In this document: piece after piece, positions 37,640 through 50,619 of the stretch | Layout of the letters: each line of letters begins with the position of its first letter | How positions within the stretch are numbered: position 1 is the stretch's first letter | Origin: Lama guanicoe | Taxonomy: Eukaryota | Assembly: GCA_013239625.1 (NCBI GenBank) | Contig: MU054001.1 | Location: 372,001-436,000 of the forward strand | Reading direction: 5' to 3' | DNA length: 64,000 nt | Program-made: the position numbers and the translations under genes | Notes under the pieces: model-generated | What the model was told of the DNA's origin: nothing | Database searches by the model: none | Seen by the model: only the letters and a program-made list of their open reading frames with translations

Positions 37640-38140
37640 CTGGAAAGATTAAGTATTAGAAAGTTTTTAGTTTTGTCCATAGTGACTTAGAAGCTTAAGA
37701 TCACCTAAATCACCAAGGTACCTTTTAAGGAACTTGATAACACGATTCTAAGGTATACCTGGAAGACTTGATGGGAGAGAAGAGCCAGGAAGTTTTTGAG
37801 AAAAGAAGCATTATTAAGGGGAATTTGCTCATTACCATGTTTGGGGAGCATATTATGAAGTCATGGTAATTAAAACAGTGTGACACTGGCTTTGAATGAC
37901 AGAGAGATAAAAGACATGCAATTAAATATTTGCTCTATGATAAAGGAGGGGTTTCATAGAAGTGAGGAAAAGTATATCATTTATACCCAAATGAATTCCA
38001 AATGGATTCAATGTTTTCATGTGAAAAAATGAAACTGTGATTTCCTCTCAAAAATACATAACCTGAATTTAATCAAAGTGAAACATTAAACAAACCCTGA
38101 TGGGGGACCTTCTGCAACATGGTTGGCCTGGAATCTTACA
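37640..38140 (+). mobile_element. Old L1 ORF2/3' remnant
   Basis: aaggaacttgataa...attctaaggtatacctgg; gtaattaaaacagtgtg; aattccaaatggatt. Confidence 0.7.
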
Positions 38141-38811
38141 GCTGTTAGCAGCCAAGCAGGCAGAGGGTGGAAAATGAGCTCACAGCAGCTCACCTGGCTC
38201 AGTTTCCCTGCCCGGGAAGGAAGGATAGGACCACACCCACCCTGGGAGTGTTGAGGGACCAGGAGCTGGCCAGGCCCCCCTCCCAGTTGGGGCTCAAGGT
38301 CTCGTTGGCAGACATGAGGCAGCCCTATCTTATGTGGCATCTGGTGCCACAATCTGGGGAAGACATTCCCACTCTACAGGTTAAATCTAGTTCAGGCCGA
38401 ATCTCCTGGGCCCTGAAGCACCAGATTTGTGGGAAACAGGATCGTTGGCAGAGCCCAGCCCCTAAAACCGTCCCTGGCTGGGGGAAAGTTCTGGAGAAAA
38501 GCTTTGTTCCTAATTCCTCTGGTCTCGCAATTCAATGCTTATTTCCACCCAAGCTAGGCTGCCAGCAGAGTTTGTCTCTGGTGTCCCTGCCCTAAGCCTT
38601 GATCACCAGTTTCCTGGGGACCCCTTCAAGACTGCACGCCATTCATTCATTCATCCAGTCATCCACCACATACTTATTGAGCCCTTACAAGGTGTCAGAC
38701 ACTGGACTAGGTGTTGGTGAGATGGTGATGACTGATGTCCCGCCCATGGGGAGCTCATGTCATGTTACTCCAGCTAGACAGGGCTGGATGGGGCATTGGT
38801 GGACCTTCTAG

Positions 38812-39705
38812 ACTGGATGGTGCACATGGTGACCCACAGTCCTCACATAGCCAACAGATACATTTTGTTTGAGCTATACAGTTATTTTTTCCCTCTTTAT
38901 TTACTAATCAATGTGTTCAGATCAGAAGATTTGATATAAACACCTGGCTTTTCAGTTTCCCATGAAAAGCTACAAGCTAACCAGGCTCACATTTCTACAT
39001 GACTAGGGTTGGCACTGAGTAGAAGCTGCCCTCTTTGGTTCACCACAAGCACTCTTCCCAGTCCCCATGTCTCAAGCATAGAAGACAGAGATTGGGACCC
39101 ACTATCATGGTTGTGTTGTTGTCTGTCTTGTGGAAGAGTGAAGAAGACAGTGACATGTGACTTATTCTCTTATTTCCATCAAAAGAAGGAAAACAAAAGC
39201 TAAAAAGAGGGAGTCGTGCATTTTAATAGAATTCTATGATTAACCCATTTGATTTTTACATTACATATAGTAGCGGCCAGGATACTCTGGGTTCTGCTAT
39301 GATAACAAACAACCCCAACATCTCAGTGGCTTAAAAAGCAACACTTTATTTCTTACTCATGATGTTATGTCTGCTAAGCTGACCAGGGACCTACTCCATT
39401 TCTTCTCACTCTGGGACCAAGTCCATTGGAATGATCACCATCTTAAATATGGTGGAGGGAAAAGGAGCTCTGAGGGTTTCCCACAATTAATTGCTCCAGC
39501 ACAGAAGTGGCACATGTCACTTCCACTCACAACTCAACTGGCCAGAACTAGTCGCATGGCCCCATACAAAGGAAGCCAGGAAGTGCAATCCTACATGTGT
39601 CCAGAAGGGGGCAAAATGGAGCTATTTGGTTAACAGCATTCATGACTCTCCCACCACACCCCTATAACTGCCTGGTCCTTCAGCATATGAGTTTGTAGGC
39701 CCAGC
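38812..39705 (+). mobile_element. MER102-like hAT-Charlie element split by an MLT1 LTR
   Basis: cagatacattttgtttg...ctgagtagaagctgccc; resumes ctgcctggtcc...tgagtttgtaggccc after 39657. Confidence 0.55.
39270..39657 (-). mobile_element. MaLR LTR (MLT1I/J-like)
   Basis: taacaaacaaccccaacatctcagtggcttaaaa...agaagtggcacatgtcacttccactcac...ggccagaactagtcgcatggccc. Confidence 0.75.
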
Positions 39706-40599
39706 TCTAGTTTGACCTACCCATTTTACAGATGGGAAGACTGGAGCCTGGAGAAGGGAAGAGACTCAACAATGATCCTATGCTGGGTCCTATGCTAAAC
39801 ACTTCCCACATGTAAATTCTGCAGTTTTAACTGCCTGTAATCTCAAGACAGTCAGATCTAGGAGTAAAGTCAGGTTCTACCACTTGCTAGTGTGTGTTCT
39901 GGGCAAATTCTAAAGCTTCTCAAGCTTGCTGTAAATGGGATAACATCAGGACCTGCCTCATAGGGCCGTTTCCAGGGTTAAATAAAATAATGCATGACTG
40001 AAGGGCCTCAGCACTGTGGTAAGCCTTTAGTGAACAATGGCCACTCCAAAACTGAGAACATTTTGCGGATGAAACTACCGAGGTTCTGGGAAGTTAAGTG
40101 ATTTGTCAAAGTTCATGCAGCAGAAGTGGGTTTCAAGCCCAAGTCTCTGACTTTGAGGCAAGTGTTTCCAATTCTACGCTTAGTTGCCTTTTCTTACTTA
40201 CCGGTAGGGACATTTCCCAACACAGGTGGCCTTTATGATCTCCTCTCCAGAATCAATGCTTGGCTTTCATGAGTCTCAGAAAACTGCATGCTGCTGTGGT
40301 GAGTTGAGCAGTCAAATAAACACCCATGCACCTGCTGCTGTACTTGGTGCAGATGGGGGATCTCCTAACTGGGGCTCAAGACTCACTGGTGTTTCTTATA
40401 TGGGTTTGCTGTGTGCCCCTGAGGAGGTTGCTTCACCTATGCCTTGGTGTCCTCGCCTGTACAATGGGCAAGTTAAAAACCCTCCAAGTGCTCTCTTAAC
40501 TCTAAAGCTCTCTGGAGGACTGCACTTCCTTCCTTCCCGGTGGCACTGGGAGGACCTACTCAAATCACAGATGTGGAAGTATCTTGAAAATTCAAGAAC

Positions 40600-40845
40600 T
40601 GAACCCTGGCTAAGAGTACTGGCTTTGGAAGCCAACAATTCAAGGGTTTAAATCTCAGCCCAGCCCTTACGTGTTGAACCTGGGGAAACTTTCTTAAGCT
40701 CTCTCCATCTCAGTTTCCTCATATGTCAAAAGGGTATAATAAAAGTACCTCACTCACATTGTTGTGAATATTAAACAAGTTATTGTAGGGAAAGTGCTTA
40801 AAGCAATGCTTGGCGCCAAGAAGTGCTTAATAAATATTAGCTGTG
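40600..40845 (+). mobile_element. MIR SINE (near full length)
   Basis: ctcagtttcctcatatgtcaaaagggtataataaaagtacc...aaagtgctta...tgcttaataaatattagct. Confidence 0.85.
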
Positions 40846-41239
40846 TGCCAGGAGCCACTGTTATTTTAAAAGCCTCTGTTCTTAAAAAATGTCTGCGCTC
40901 GTGGGGAGACAAGAAGTGCTTCTAAAGTACAGTCTGGGGACAACTGGATTGTATGGAATTCAACATAAATTCAGAGAGTGTAGTGTAGGTTTAAGACCTG
41001 TAGGAAAGCAGAGAAGGGTGGCCCAGAAGAGTTGGGAAGGCTTCTCTAAGGAATGTGTTGATGGGAAGATTTAGCTGAGAAACAGTGGACGTCTTCAGGA
41101 GGGTGTTTTGTAGAGAACCCTATCCCAGTGAGAGAAAGAATGGACCAGGCGTTGCTTCACTTGGTCATTTATCTCTTTAAGGATGCTTCGTGTTAGGCTC
41201 AGTGTTTGGTGCCACAGACACAAGATGAATAAGGCAATG

Positions 41240-41460
41240 CAGTGTCGTACCTAAGACCATGGACACTGACTCAGAAATACTTGGTTAAAAGTCCCAGTGC
41301 TGTTGCCATCAAGCTGTGTGATCTTAGCCAAGCTATTTAACCTCTCAGAGCTTTACTTTTCCATTCTGTAAAATGGGGATGATGATGGCACTTTGTCATG
41401 GGGCCACTGTGAGGATTAAATGAGCCTGAAAAAGAAGTCAGCCCATGGGAAGTGATGGTC
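41240..41460 (+). mobile_element. MIR SINE
   Basis: agctgtgtgatcttagccaag...taacctctcagagc...ctgtaaaatgggga...gtgaggattaaatgag. Confidence 0.85.
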
Positions 41461-41642
41461 ATTGTTGTTCCTTTGTTATGTATGTCTTTTGCATTAGAAT
41501 GTTGTGGGGAACATGGCCAGTGTGAGAAATATAGCTTATGACTGGGAACTGTACATAACTCAAAGGATAAAAGATCTAGGCTGCATGCAAGACTCTCTAG
41601 ACTATGAGATGGTGCTACACATGAGTAAAAAAGATCCAGAAT

Positions 41643-41970
41643 GGTGTTACTCAAAGTGTGGTCTGTGTTCCCACACCAGCCTGCGAACTGTTTGAAAGAG
41701 ATCTCTGATGAGATAAATATAAAGGTTGAGGATAAAAGCTTTGAAACTTTTATAGAAATTTCACATTGATGTGACATCCAAATGCATGGTTGGTAGACTT
41801 GTTTCACTGAATGGGGTGAAGACTAGTCCAGTGATTGTTGAATTTGCATGGTGCAGTGCATGTGGCTCAAGCTGCATACCAGTCATGGGCAGTAGGACCA
41901 TGTGTCAACCCATGAAGGATTGGAAATCCTTAGAAATAGTCCTTTGCAAAAGATAGTTTGAGAAATGCTG
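41643..41970. mobile_element. hAT-Charlie non-autonomous DNA transposon
   Basis: Charlie-like ends gtgttactcaaagtgtggtc ... agtttgagaaatgctg. Confidence 0.6.
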
Positions 41971-42009
41971 TTTTATAGGTAGGCAGGGAACTTTAATTTT
42001 GAGTGGGTA

Positions 42010-42505
42010 GATAGATAAGCCAGGGTCCACCAGGAAAACAAAAAGTGCTCTAGGTGTTTCAAATATAGAGAATTTAACAGAGGGGACAGATCACACAGGC
42101 AACAGAAGATTGGGAAGCCAAACAAGGAATGATGATACAACCCAGAGAGTGGCTACAGCAGGAATCTGCTACCACTCCTAGGGCTGGTGGGACAGTAGGA
42201 GGAAATGGTGCAACTAAAATCAAGATTCAGGGTTGTCCAGAGGGAGCTGGACCCATGGTTAGGGCTTCCCAACTGGAACTGGAGCCATGGAAGAGATTTA
42301 GGTTCTGCTTTAGATGCCCCTGGAAAAAAGGAGAGGTAAAGAGAAATACCCCAGCTTTTCTCCTCCTTCCATCCCCTGGTATCTGCCAGTACCTTCCATT
42401 AGTTGGAACCTACCCAGAAGCCAGTTGGCAAGGGAACTTGGGAACAGAGGGCAGGGGGAGGACAGGGAATGGATCTGAGAGCAAATAAGGAAAAGACCAT
42501 CAAAA
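42010..42505 (-). mobile_element. ERVL LTR (LTR33/41-like)
   Basis: cagggtccaccaggaaaacaaaa...ctaccactcctagggctgg...ccagaagccagttggcaaggga. Confidence 0.55.
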
Positions 42506-42964
42506 GGTGAGGGGTGAGACCAGCCAGACAGAAATGACTTACAATCAATTTCTGACCACAGCGGTAGTGGAAGTGGTGGTGATGGATTAAGAGTTCTCAC
42601 TAGCTGTCTGTCTCTGGTTATTGAGAAGACCAAGTAAGATAGTGCTCCCCTGAGACTCTGGAGGGACAGAAGTGGAGAAGAAGATGGAGTTTCTGTACCA
42701 TCAACCTCAACAACAGGAGTAAGAAACAGGATTAAAGTCTGTTTCTCTAGATTATTATCCCTCCATCTCCCTCTTTTAACTTCCAAGTGGGAAAAAAATT
42801 CCATGAGGTCTGTGATGTCCTCCATTTTTTAAATGGCACTGTTAGAGCCAAAAGATGTGTACATTATGGAGAAGATTCGAGAGAATTTCTTAGAAAACTG
42901 AGAAAGAATTCCAGAGAAGTTAAAAAAAAAATCCAGCAACAACAACAAACCAAGAGACTAGGAG

Positions 42965-43270
42965 AATAAAACACTTGTGAAAAAACCTGCCAGGCTAGGA
43001 TGCAGGGAGAAAATTGATATTAATGAAACATCATGAGCGAATTAAGACAGCCAAAGTGCTCTCAGATGTCTGTGGGGACTGCTCCTCTCACCGGCTTTTG
43101 GAAAAAGTTAACATGTAAAACTTCCTCATAAATAAAAGTATTTTAAGAATTTCAACTCGGAGACATTCCTGGCTAGCATCACTCATGCAGTTGGGAATAC
43201 CTTTGATTAATTCCGGCTGGTAATTAGGTTGGAGAGTGTTTGTGACAAGCGCTCCTAAGAGCTGCATGAA
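42965..43270. promoter_or_regulatory. Candidate conserved non-coding element
   Basis: attgatattaatg, cataaataaa, CCTTTGAT 43200-43207 overlapping gattaatt, gtaattag, TGACA. Confidence 0.4.
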
Positions 43271-43459
43271 GGGTGAGGAGGGAAGGCAGGACACCCGGGG
43301 AGCACCCTCACCTGGCCTCACCTAGCACTCCTCCTCCAGCTGGGTGGAGACTTCTGGTTTTAGGATTTAGACCAGAACACTCTCAAATTAGCGCCAGTCA
43401 TCTGTAAGACTGTCGCTCAAACAACGTGTGTGTGACTCCAGGAGACACAAACTGGGGTG

Positions 43460-43925
43460 TCTGTCCAGCTCATGACTCCTTCTCTGAGATCAGCCTCTCC
43501 CTACCCTACAGTCATGTTGTAGTCACAGATCCCAGCCCTTGATGCAGCAGATTGGACCAGGAGTGGTCACCTGACTAAAGCTTAGCCAAGCAGATCCACC
43601 CACCCCAGTATTTGGAACTAGCATTTGCAGATGCTAGTTAGTTTCTTCTTGTTGCTTGAACTGCAGAAGTATAAATTCAAGGTACACTGGCTGGCTGCCT
43701 TTCGTAGACAAGTTGGTTTACGGAGAAAGAAAGATGAAGAAGATCCAGAGAAAAGAAGCGATTCTAGGCAGTGAGTCTTGAGAGAGAACCTGGTTGTGAG
43801 GAGTTCCTGTCCTCCATGAAGCCCAGTTTCATAAACTCTCCTTGGGTTTTGAGAGATGCACCCCAAAATAGAACTTTTTTCATTGCTTGTGCAAATTTGG
43901 GTTTCTGCTCTTTGCCACCAAGACA
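43460..43925 (+). mobile_element. Old MaLR LTR (MLT1K/L-like)
   Basis: gattggaccaggagtggtcacctgactaaagc...tttgggtttctgctctttgccacc. Confidence 0.55.
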
Positions 43926-44426
43926 CCAACAGTACGAGAAAACGGTGTTCGTCATATCAGGGCCTGAGTTGATCCCAGTGGCTGCTGGTAATACCAGTCA
44001 ACAGTACTTTCTCATTACTCCCTTAAATTTAGGAAACATCTATGCAATGCCTCTTAATTCTCTCTCCTATCTGAGGATGCCAGTAAGGACAGAAGTGGGT
44101 GAAGTTGCTGTGCAATTTGATGGCTCCCCCAAAGCTGCCCTGACCAAAAGCAGCCCCTACCCACCTGCCTTCTGTCCTGCTATTAGAGTCATTCCACTCT
44201 ATGTAGGGCAACACACTATGCTAACCTGGAGAGGGAGAGAGCCCACTGTACAGAGGACATGACTGAGGCTCAGAACTTAAGTGACTACTCTTTTCATCAT
44301 CTAGCCAAGTTCTAGGTACCAGGTTTGTACTTGGCATTACCAACTTAGCAGCAGCACCAAGCTGAGATCTGTGACCCAGGTATGGTCCTTGTTGAAATCT
44401 TGCAGCTCTCTTGGGGAAATGATTAT

Positions 44427-44614
44427 CAGTGCTTCCCAACTGTGGCTGCACCTCAAAGCTGTTTGGGAAGGTTTTTGGGGAAAAAAAAAGTCTAATGCAT
44501 GGATCACACTCCTGACCAACTGAATCATAGTCTCTCGGTTTGGGATCTGGGATCATTATTTTTTTTTAAAGTTCCCAAGATGATTTTAAGACGCAGTCAG
44601 GGTTAAGAACTACT
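44427..44614. mobile_element. MER5 (hAT-Charlie)
   Basis: cagtgcttcccaactgtggctgcac...actgaatcatagtctct...gcagtcagggttaagaactactg. Confidence 0.8.
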
Positions 44615-45635
44615 GAGCTGGGTGAATTACTTTTGGGGAAAAGGAGAGATTACCTGAGCTAATGAGTGCTGGGTTTCCCTTGCTGAGTGCTGAGCATGAA
44701 CCCCCTGAGGGCCTTACCTGGGATGGGTGGAAGGAAGGGGAATGAATGGGGTAGACAGGCCAGAATTGAGTTTAGATGTTTCATGTTGCCACTGAGGTCA
44801 AACCAACTTAGACTATCTGAAGTTTATCAGTCATTATACTTCATTCATTTAGATTCAAAGTGAGAATTTATGAGTATTCTCAAACTCCAAGGACATAGCT
44901 TTACTCAACAGAGGAAAGATGTAAATAAGACAGCCAGACCTTTGGCCTGTTTAAGAGAATCAACCCTACATGCACACATGCACGTGCGTGCACACACACA
45001 TACACACACCCACATCCCAAAGGTGGGTTTGTTAATAATATATTGGATTTTAGTTAGTCATTCATGTAGGTCCTTGGGGACCACTATTTGCCAAACACTG
45101 TTCCTGGCATATGGTAGAGACTCAATAAATATTTGCTGAATGAATGAAAAAATGAACAGATTGTCACTGTAGAAGTCACCACATGCTGTTTGGATTATAG
45201 AAGGTTTTGAAAGAAATGTAATATTTTGAGGTCTAAACAAAAATGAACTGATCCCCCCCTATCTGGAACCTGAGTGGTCACAGGTCAGAAATCCCAGATT
45301 TGGGCTGGACAGTAATTTCCACTGGTTTTGCTTTCAAGGTTCCCAAGCTCTAAACTGTCCACATACTCCAAGGCTGGATCCAGCCTGGCTCAATTTTGGA
45401 CAGTAATAAAGGGGCTTAGGGGGGTGCCTCTGGACCTCACATATGTCCTGTATGGGGGAGGCAACTATCTTCTCCACTGGGCACTCTCTTTGGGCATCAC
45501 CCTGTCAGTGGACACACTGAGAGCCCAGGGCCTCTCAGACTTGCCAAATGAAATATCAAGAAGGGCAGAAGAGCATGAACTTATAATCTCCATAATGTAG
45601 GGGCATTTCCTTAAAGCAACCAGTGCCTGCAGGGT

Positions 45636-45870
45636 TGCTATGGACTGAAGTGAATTGTGTTCTTCTGCCCCAAATTCCTATGTGGAAGCTCTAACCCCCA
45701 GCATGACTGTATTTGGAGATAGGGCCAATAAGAAAGTAATTAAGGTTAAATGAGGTCATAAGGATGGCACCTTGATCCTTTAGAGTTAGTATCTCTATAG
45801 GAAGAGACACAGAGAGCTCTCTCACACTCAGAGGAATGGCCATGTAAGGACAAAGCAAGGAAGAAAGCAA
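45636..45870 (+). mobile_element. MaLR LTR 5' part (MLT1A/MST-like)
   Basis: tgctatggactgaa...cccaaattcctatgtggaagctctaacccc...gtatttggagatagggcc...aggttaaatgaggtcata. Confidence 0.85.
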
Positions 45871-46889
45871 GAGGGATGCCTTTGAAGTTTCTTGAACTAT
45901 TTAAACAATTTATTCTGATGTTGTAATCTACTGGACAATAAGGTCCTTGTTTGTTTTAATATTAAAACATAGCTGTTACTTAAAATAACATTTTCCCTAA
46001 AGTTTCACTGAATCCCTACCTCATCTCCAATTACCTTCCCAGGTGCATGTGCCCAGTCTGAAAAGTACCTGATGTGCTAACTTGAAAAGAGGCTTAAACA
46101 GGGAGGGAGCCATGATATGGGCCAGGAGAAGTATTTGTAGATACTGGAGGTGATTTTCCCTAAGAGGAGAAGGGTGATGGTCAATGTCAAATATGACAAC
46201 TGCCTTCAGATGTCAGATAGGGAACCTGCAAGATAAATCAAACAAACATCTTTGTTCTTAGCAAAATGCCATGCCCCCTTTTGATAAATAGAAAAATCTT
46301 GTACATTCTGTGTATCCTGGTACCTGTCCCTTGAGAGGACACACGTGGTTCTGCCCTCTGGGTATCCCATCAGCCAAGGTTTATCAACTTTTAATTGTAT
46401 CACAGACAAAAAAATTTCTTTTTCATTTTTTCAGCTTTAAATATCGTAACTTGAGTTGTGTGTTTTCAAACCATGTATACCCCTGATGCTCTCTCTGTTC
46501 TGGAGATTCTAACATACCCATCTAGTGACTTCCTTACCTCCCTGCTGAGTTTTGCTATTTTAAGTGTGTGGCTCCACAAAGCAGAATCCGGCCAGTTGGG
46601 GGTGAATTACAAGAACATTCTAGAAGTTAGAGCCATCTGGTACATAATGGATTGACATTGTAGGTAGTGAGCCCCTGGTGGCTGGAGGTATGTAAAAAGA
46701 AGCCAAGTAACTACTTGTGACCAGAGAAGCTATTGGAGTCTATGATTTCCAATTCTGACTTTCTGCTTCAAAAACTGAGATGTACTCTGTGTCTCTGGAC
46801 AAACAGCCACACCTTCACAGGTTAGTGTTTTTTTTTTTAATTTTTAAATCATTATTAGCACTGTTGCTACTATCATTATTATCATTAAT

Positions 46890-47095
46890 TTAATTGAAGT
46901 ATAGTCGATTTACAACGTTTTGTTAATTTCTGGTGTACAGCATAGTGATCCAGTTATACGTATATATACATATTCCTTTTCATATTCTTTTTCATTATAG
47001 GCCATTATAAGCCATTAAATATAATTCTTTGTGCTACAGTAGGTCCTTGTTGTTTATCTATCTTATATATAGTCGTTGGTATCCGTAAATCCCAG
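46890..47095 (-). mobile_element. Young artiodactyl/camelid-type L1 3' end
   Basis: attgaagtatagtcgatttacaa...ttctggtgtacagcatagtgat...cagtaggtccttgttgtttatcta. Confidence 0.85.
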
Positions 47096-47694
47096 TTTTA
47101 AAGACTGTTCTCCATGCTTTCACTCCCAATTCCAAGAGATCCCTAATGCTTTCTCCCATCCAGTTTGGGAAGTTGAACCCAATCTGTCTGAGGTCTGGAG
47201 GGCCCTGGAGGAGACACTGGAGGTGTGGAGGCTCCAATGGTGCAGGTGGAGAAGGTGGCAGAGAGGTGTCTTATGAAGAGGACATGGGAAGTTCAGTCAC
47301 TTCAGCCTTTCTAAGCCAAAAGAGCCATGGTCCATTCCTTATACACCTGGAGGTCCCAGTGCTTCACTATGAAAAACTAGCCTGGCCCTAAATCACTCCA
47401 TGCTGCCCTACCATGTACACACTGCCATCCTGAAAAGTACCAGTTCGTCCCTCCCTCCTTGCTTTCCTGCCTTAGGCCTGACGTTACCCACAGGCTCATC
47501 TCAATGCATTGGGTTTGACCAGGAGGGTGCTGCTATTTCTGTTTTGTGATCCCTCCTCTACCAAACAAAACAAAATAAGAGATTTCATATCAGGAATCCA
47601 TATTTCCGGTTTCTCTTTAACACTTGTATGGCCTGCATCCCAGCAGGGCACAGTTCACCTACTGTGCTGCCCTCCCCCTCTGTCACCAGCTGTC

Positions 47695-48080
47695 CCTTGT
47701 CTTAGTTTGGCCTCTTCCCAGAATAGAGCCTGGGACCTGGATTGAAGAGCAAGTTATTTACTTGGGAGGTGAGCCTAAAACACACGTGCAGAAGGTGGGG
47801 AGGTGGGACTGGGAGGGGAGAAATCCCATAAAGTTACTATTATGGGCAGCTGGAGTTTAGTCTTTTTGGGGGTCACTGTGAGAATCAGTGCAAAACTTGC
47901 CTGTGTGTCCCTCCCGAGAGGGGAGAGAGCTGGGGTATTTGTACACCAACTCCTGTCAATCACAGGTGGAGGTTGCTCAAGTAGAGAGAGTGCTGGTGGC
48001 CAGAAGGAGCCCTGGGGCAGAGAGAGATGGGTCCTGGCAGCAGGGAGGCCAGAGTGCACTGAAAGAGTAAGGCTTGCATG
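47695..48080 (-). mobile_element. ERVL LTR (LTR16-like)
   Basis: tgtcttagtttgg...tttacttgggaggtga...gagctggggtatttgtacaccaactcctgtca. Confidence 0.7.
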
Positions 48081-49184
48081 AGGTAGGGGTGGAGGGAGGA
48101 AGTGCTGGTGGCTTCTGCTGCATCTCTGTAAGAAGTTTGACTCTAAGAAGTTTGCTTTAAACCACTTTGTCCAGCCCCATTAAAAAAGGAAATTGCTCCT
48201 CACTGCCATCTTTACCTGACTTAATTCCTGTTCCGTGCAATGTGGGCCTGGCAGGAGATGCAGAGCCAGGCAAGTTATTTGTTGTCCCCTAAGAGGAAAG
48301 TCATCTGCCTTGGACAGCCTTGTCCTCTCAAATTCCTGGACAGGGCTGACCTTGAAGCAGCTGAGAGTACCAGTGTCCTGGGTCCTCTCTTTCCTCATCT
48401 TCATCCAGCCAGCCTTTCCTTCCGGAACACTTAAATTCCTCAAGGCCTCTGCTCTATTGTTAATTCTAAGTGAACCAGCCAACTGGTTTCGATGGCGAGT
48501 TGTAGGGGGGATTAATTGGAGGGGAGGGATTAGCAATCCTTTTCTAAGTCAAATCTCCAGCTCTGGGTCATTAAAAATGATGCCTTTTTAAGTATTTCCA
48601 TCTTTGCTGGCATCCCTTTGCTGACCAGAGGAAGAACGACAAGCACCAGACAATAGGCTCCCATCTGCCCTTGTGGCCACAACATTTCCTGGAACCAAAG
48701 GGCTGGTAATATGTACAAATGAGAGGGGCAGGTTCTCTGCCAGGTCCTCCCCAGAGGGGAGTTAATCTTCACCGTAGACATGCTTTATTCTGAGAATCTG
48801 TCTTGTAAATCCTGCTCAGACAGCTGTTGTTTTCATATTAGAGAGCCTGTTGACAGTCACTCCTTCAAAGGATCTATGGTTTGGGGCTTTTAAACTTTGG
48901 AAACCATGCCCCCTAGTCTCTGCTGGATTCATTTGGCCAGATGTGCCAGCCAAGGGCTTCTTCTTTTCTGTGTCTTTGCACGCCAGGGCTTGGGGTCAGG
49001 AATGACTGTAGCCTCTTCCAGATCAAGTGAACTTTTTTTGTCCCTTTCTCATCTTTTTCTGGCCTTTTTCTGTGTGTCTCTTTCTCAGATGCTATAAACT
49101 GAGACTGGGCAAGGCCAGTTCATCAGATGTACCCCAATGGTTCCTGCCTTCTGTGATGTCTAGTTAGACCAGCTGTGGAGAGTG

Positions 49185-49432
49185 GTAGGAATGGGGCAAG
49201 AACACAAAGGCACTAAGCCAGACGTGTGGGCCTTGAAATGTACTGCTTAGGGTATGAGGCACCAACCATTTACCAGCTGTGTGCCCTTAGGCAAGCCACT
49301 CAATTTCTCTCTGTCCCTGTTTCCTGGGCTATAAAATGGATAGCACCTAACTCAGGGAGCTATGGTAAAGATAAAATGAGAAAATGCACAAAAAGCTTCT
49401 TGGCTTGCGCACAGTAAGGGTTTGATAAATGA
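49185..49432 (+). mobile_element. MIR SINE
   Basis: ccatttaccagctgtgtgcccttaggcaagccactc...tataaaatgga. Confidence 0.75.
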
Positions 49433-49957
49433 GAGCATTTTTTTATTATTTAAAAAAATTTTTACTGAAGTACAGGTAATTTACAATATTGTGTTAATTT
49501 CAGGTTACAGCATAGTGAGAGCTGTTTTGCCTTTATCCTCCCCCTCCTCTGCTTCCTGCTCAACATCTTGGCTTCCAGAAATATTAACACCGATTTTCAG
49601 AAGAGGACTGGGCCCCATCCTCAGCAAAGGAGCAGAGGTCGCTTCTTAAAATGCAGGGTTGCAGAGCAGGGATGGCCAGTCAGCAAAGAGAGGACGGCAT
49701 CGCGGGTGGAAAGAACCAAGTAGGGTGTGAAAGGAGAGATGCCTCCGTGTGCTTAGGGGATCAGCAAGTAGCATATTTAGCTGGAGTTGGGGTAAGAGAT
49801 GCAAAGAGTAGGGAATGAGGCAGAAGACAGAGGCTGGGCCCAGCCCAAATGCCCAGCTTGAGGGTGGACACCATGCATAAGCTTTAAATGAGGAGACCTG
49901 TTTTCATCAGAGCAGGGAGTGTCCATGCTCAGAAAAAACAACTCTGCTTTCTAAGAG

Positions 49958-49998
49958 AGCTTCTCAACTAAGCTTCTCAATTAAGCTTCTCAATTAAG
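49958..49998. repeat. 13-bp tandem repeat x3 (agcttctcaaYta)
   Basis: Units at 49958, 49971, 49984. Confidence 0.95.
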
Positions 49999-50019
49999 AG
50001 AATTCTTCTTTGGTCTTTA

Positions 50020-50460
50020 CGAACTGGCCAATAGGACCACACGCTTGGATGTTCCATTTGTCAAATTACATCCTTTGCTTCAACAGCAAAACTGAGACCC
50101 TCCGTGACGCACCCAGGGTGGGACATTTTATTGGACAGATTGAATTTGTTCAGACCCCTGCAATTCCCATGGATACAGGGTCAATTTACCCTCCGACCCG
50201 AAGCCACAAAGTTGATAATCAGCTGCCACCGTATATGGGGGAGATGAACTCCTTTGCCGAGCTGTTCAATAAATCTGCTATTAGCAGGGAAAGTGCTTAC
50301 ATGCACTTAAAAAAAATTAAACAACGAAATAAGAGCCGCTGATTGACAAGGCATCAATAAAGCCATATATGTGCACTGCTGACCTCCCCTACCCCCAGCT
50401 GCCAATCTGTGTTTATTAGAAATCAGTTCCTATAAACAGCTTGTGGCAGGGAAAACAGTG
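50020..50460. promoter_or_regulatory. Candidate conserved non-coding element
   Basis: Repeat-free, CpG-retaining; TGATTGACAA (PBX-MEIS-like) 50340-50349 next to ATCAATAAA 50353-50361. Confidence 0.55.
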
Positions 50461-50619
50461 AGCTGCCTCTCAGATGTGTGATTGTGAGTGCTAACTCTTG
50501 AATACTTGACTCTTGGTTCCATTAGTTGATTGTTTGCTGCCACTGACACCAGGGAGCGACATTAGTAGAGAAGAGCTGTTGTCAAGACGTGGTTAATAAT
50601 TTTTTATCCCCTGCTACCC

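Noticed and set aside
43771..44262. 163-aa ORF
   Set aside because: GTG start, begins inside an old LTR, no homology recognised
50010..50342. 110-aa ORF
   Set aside because: TTG start, no recognisable domain; better explained as a non-coding element
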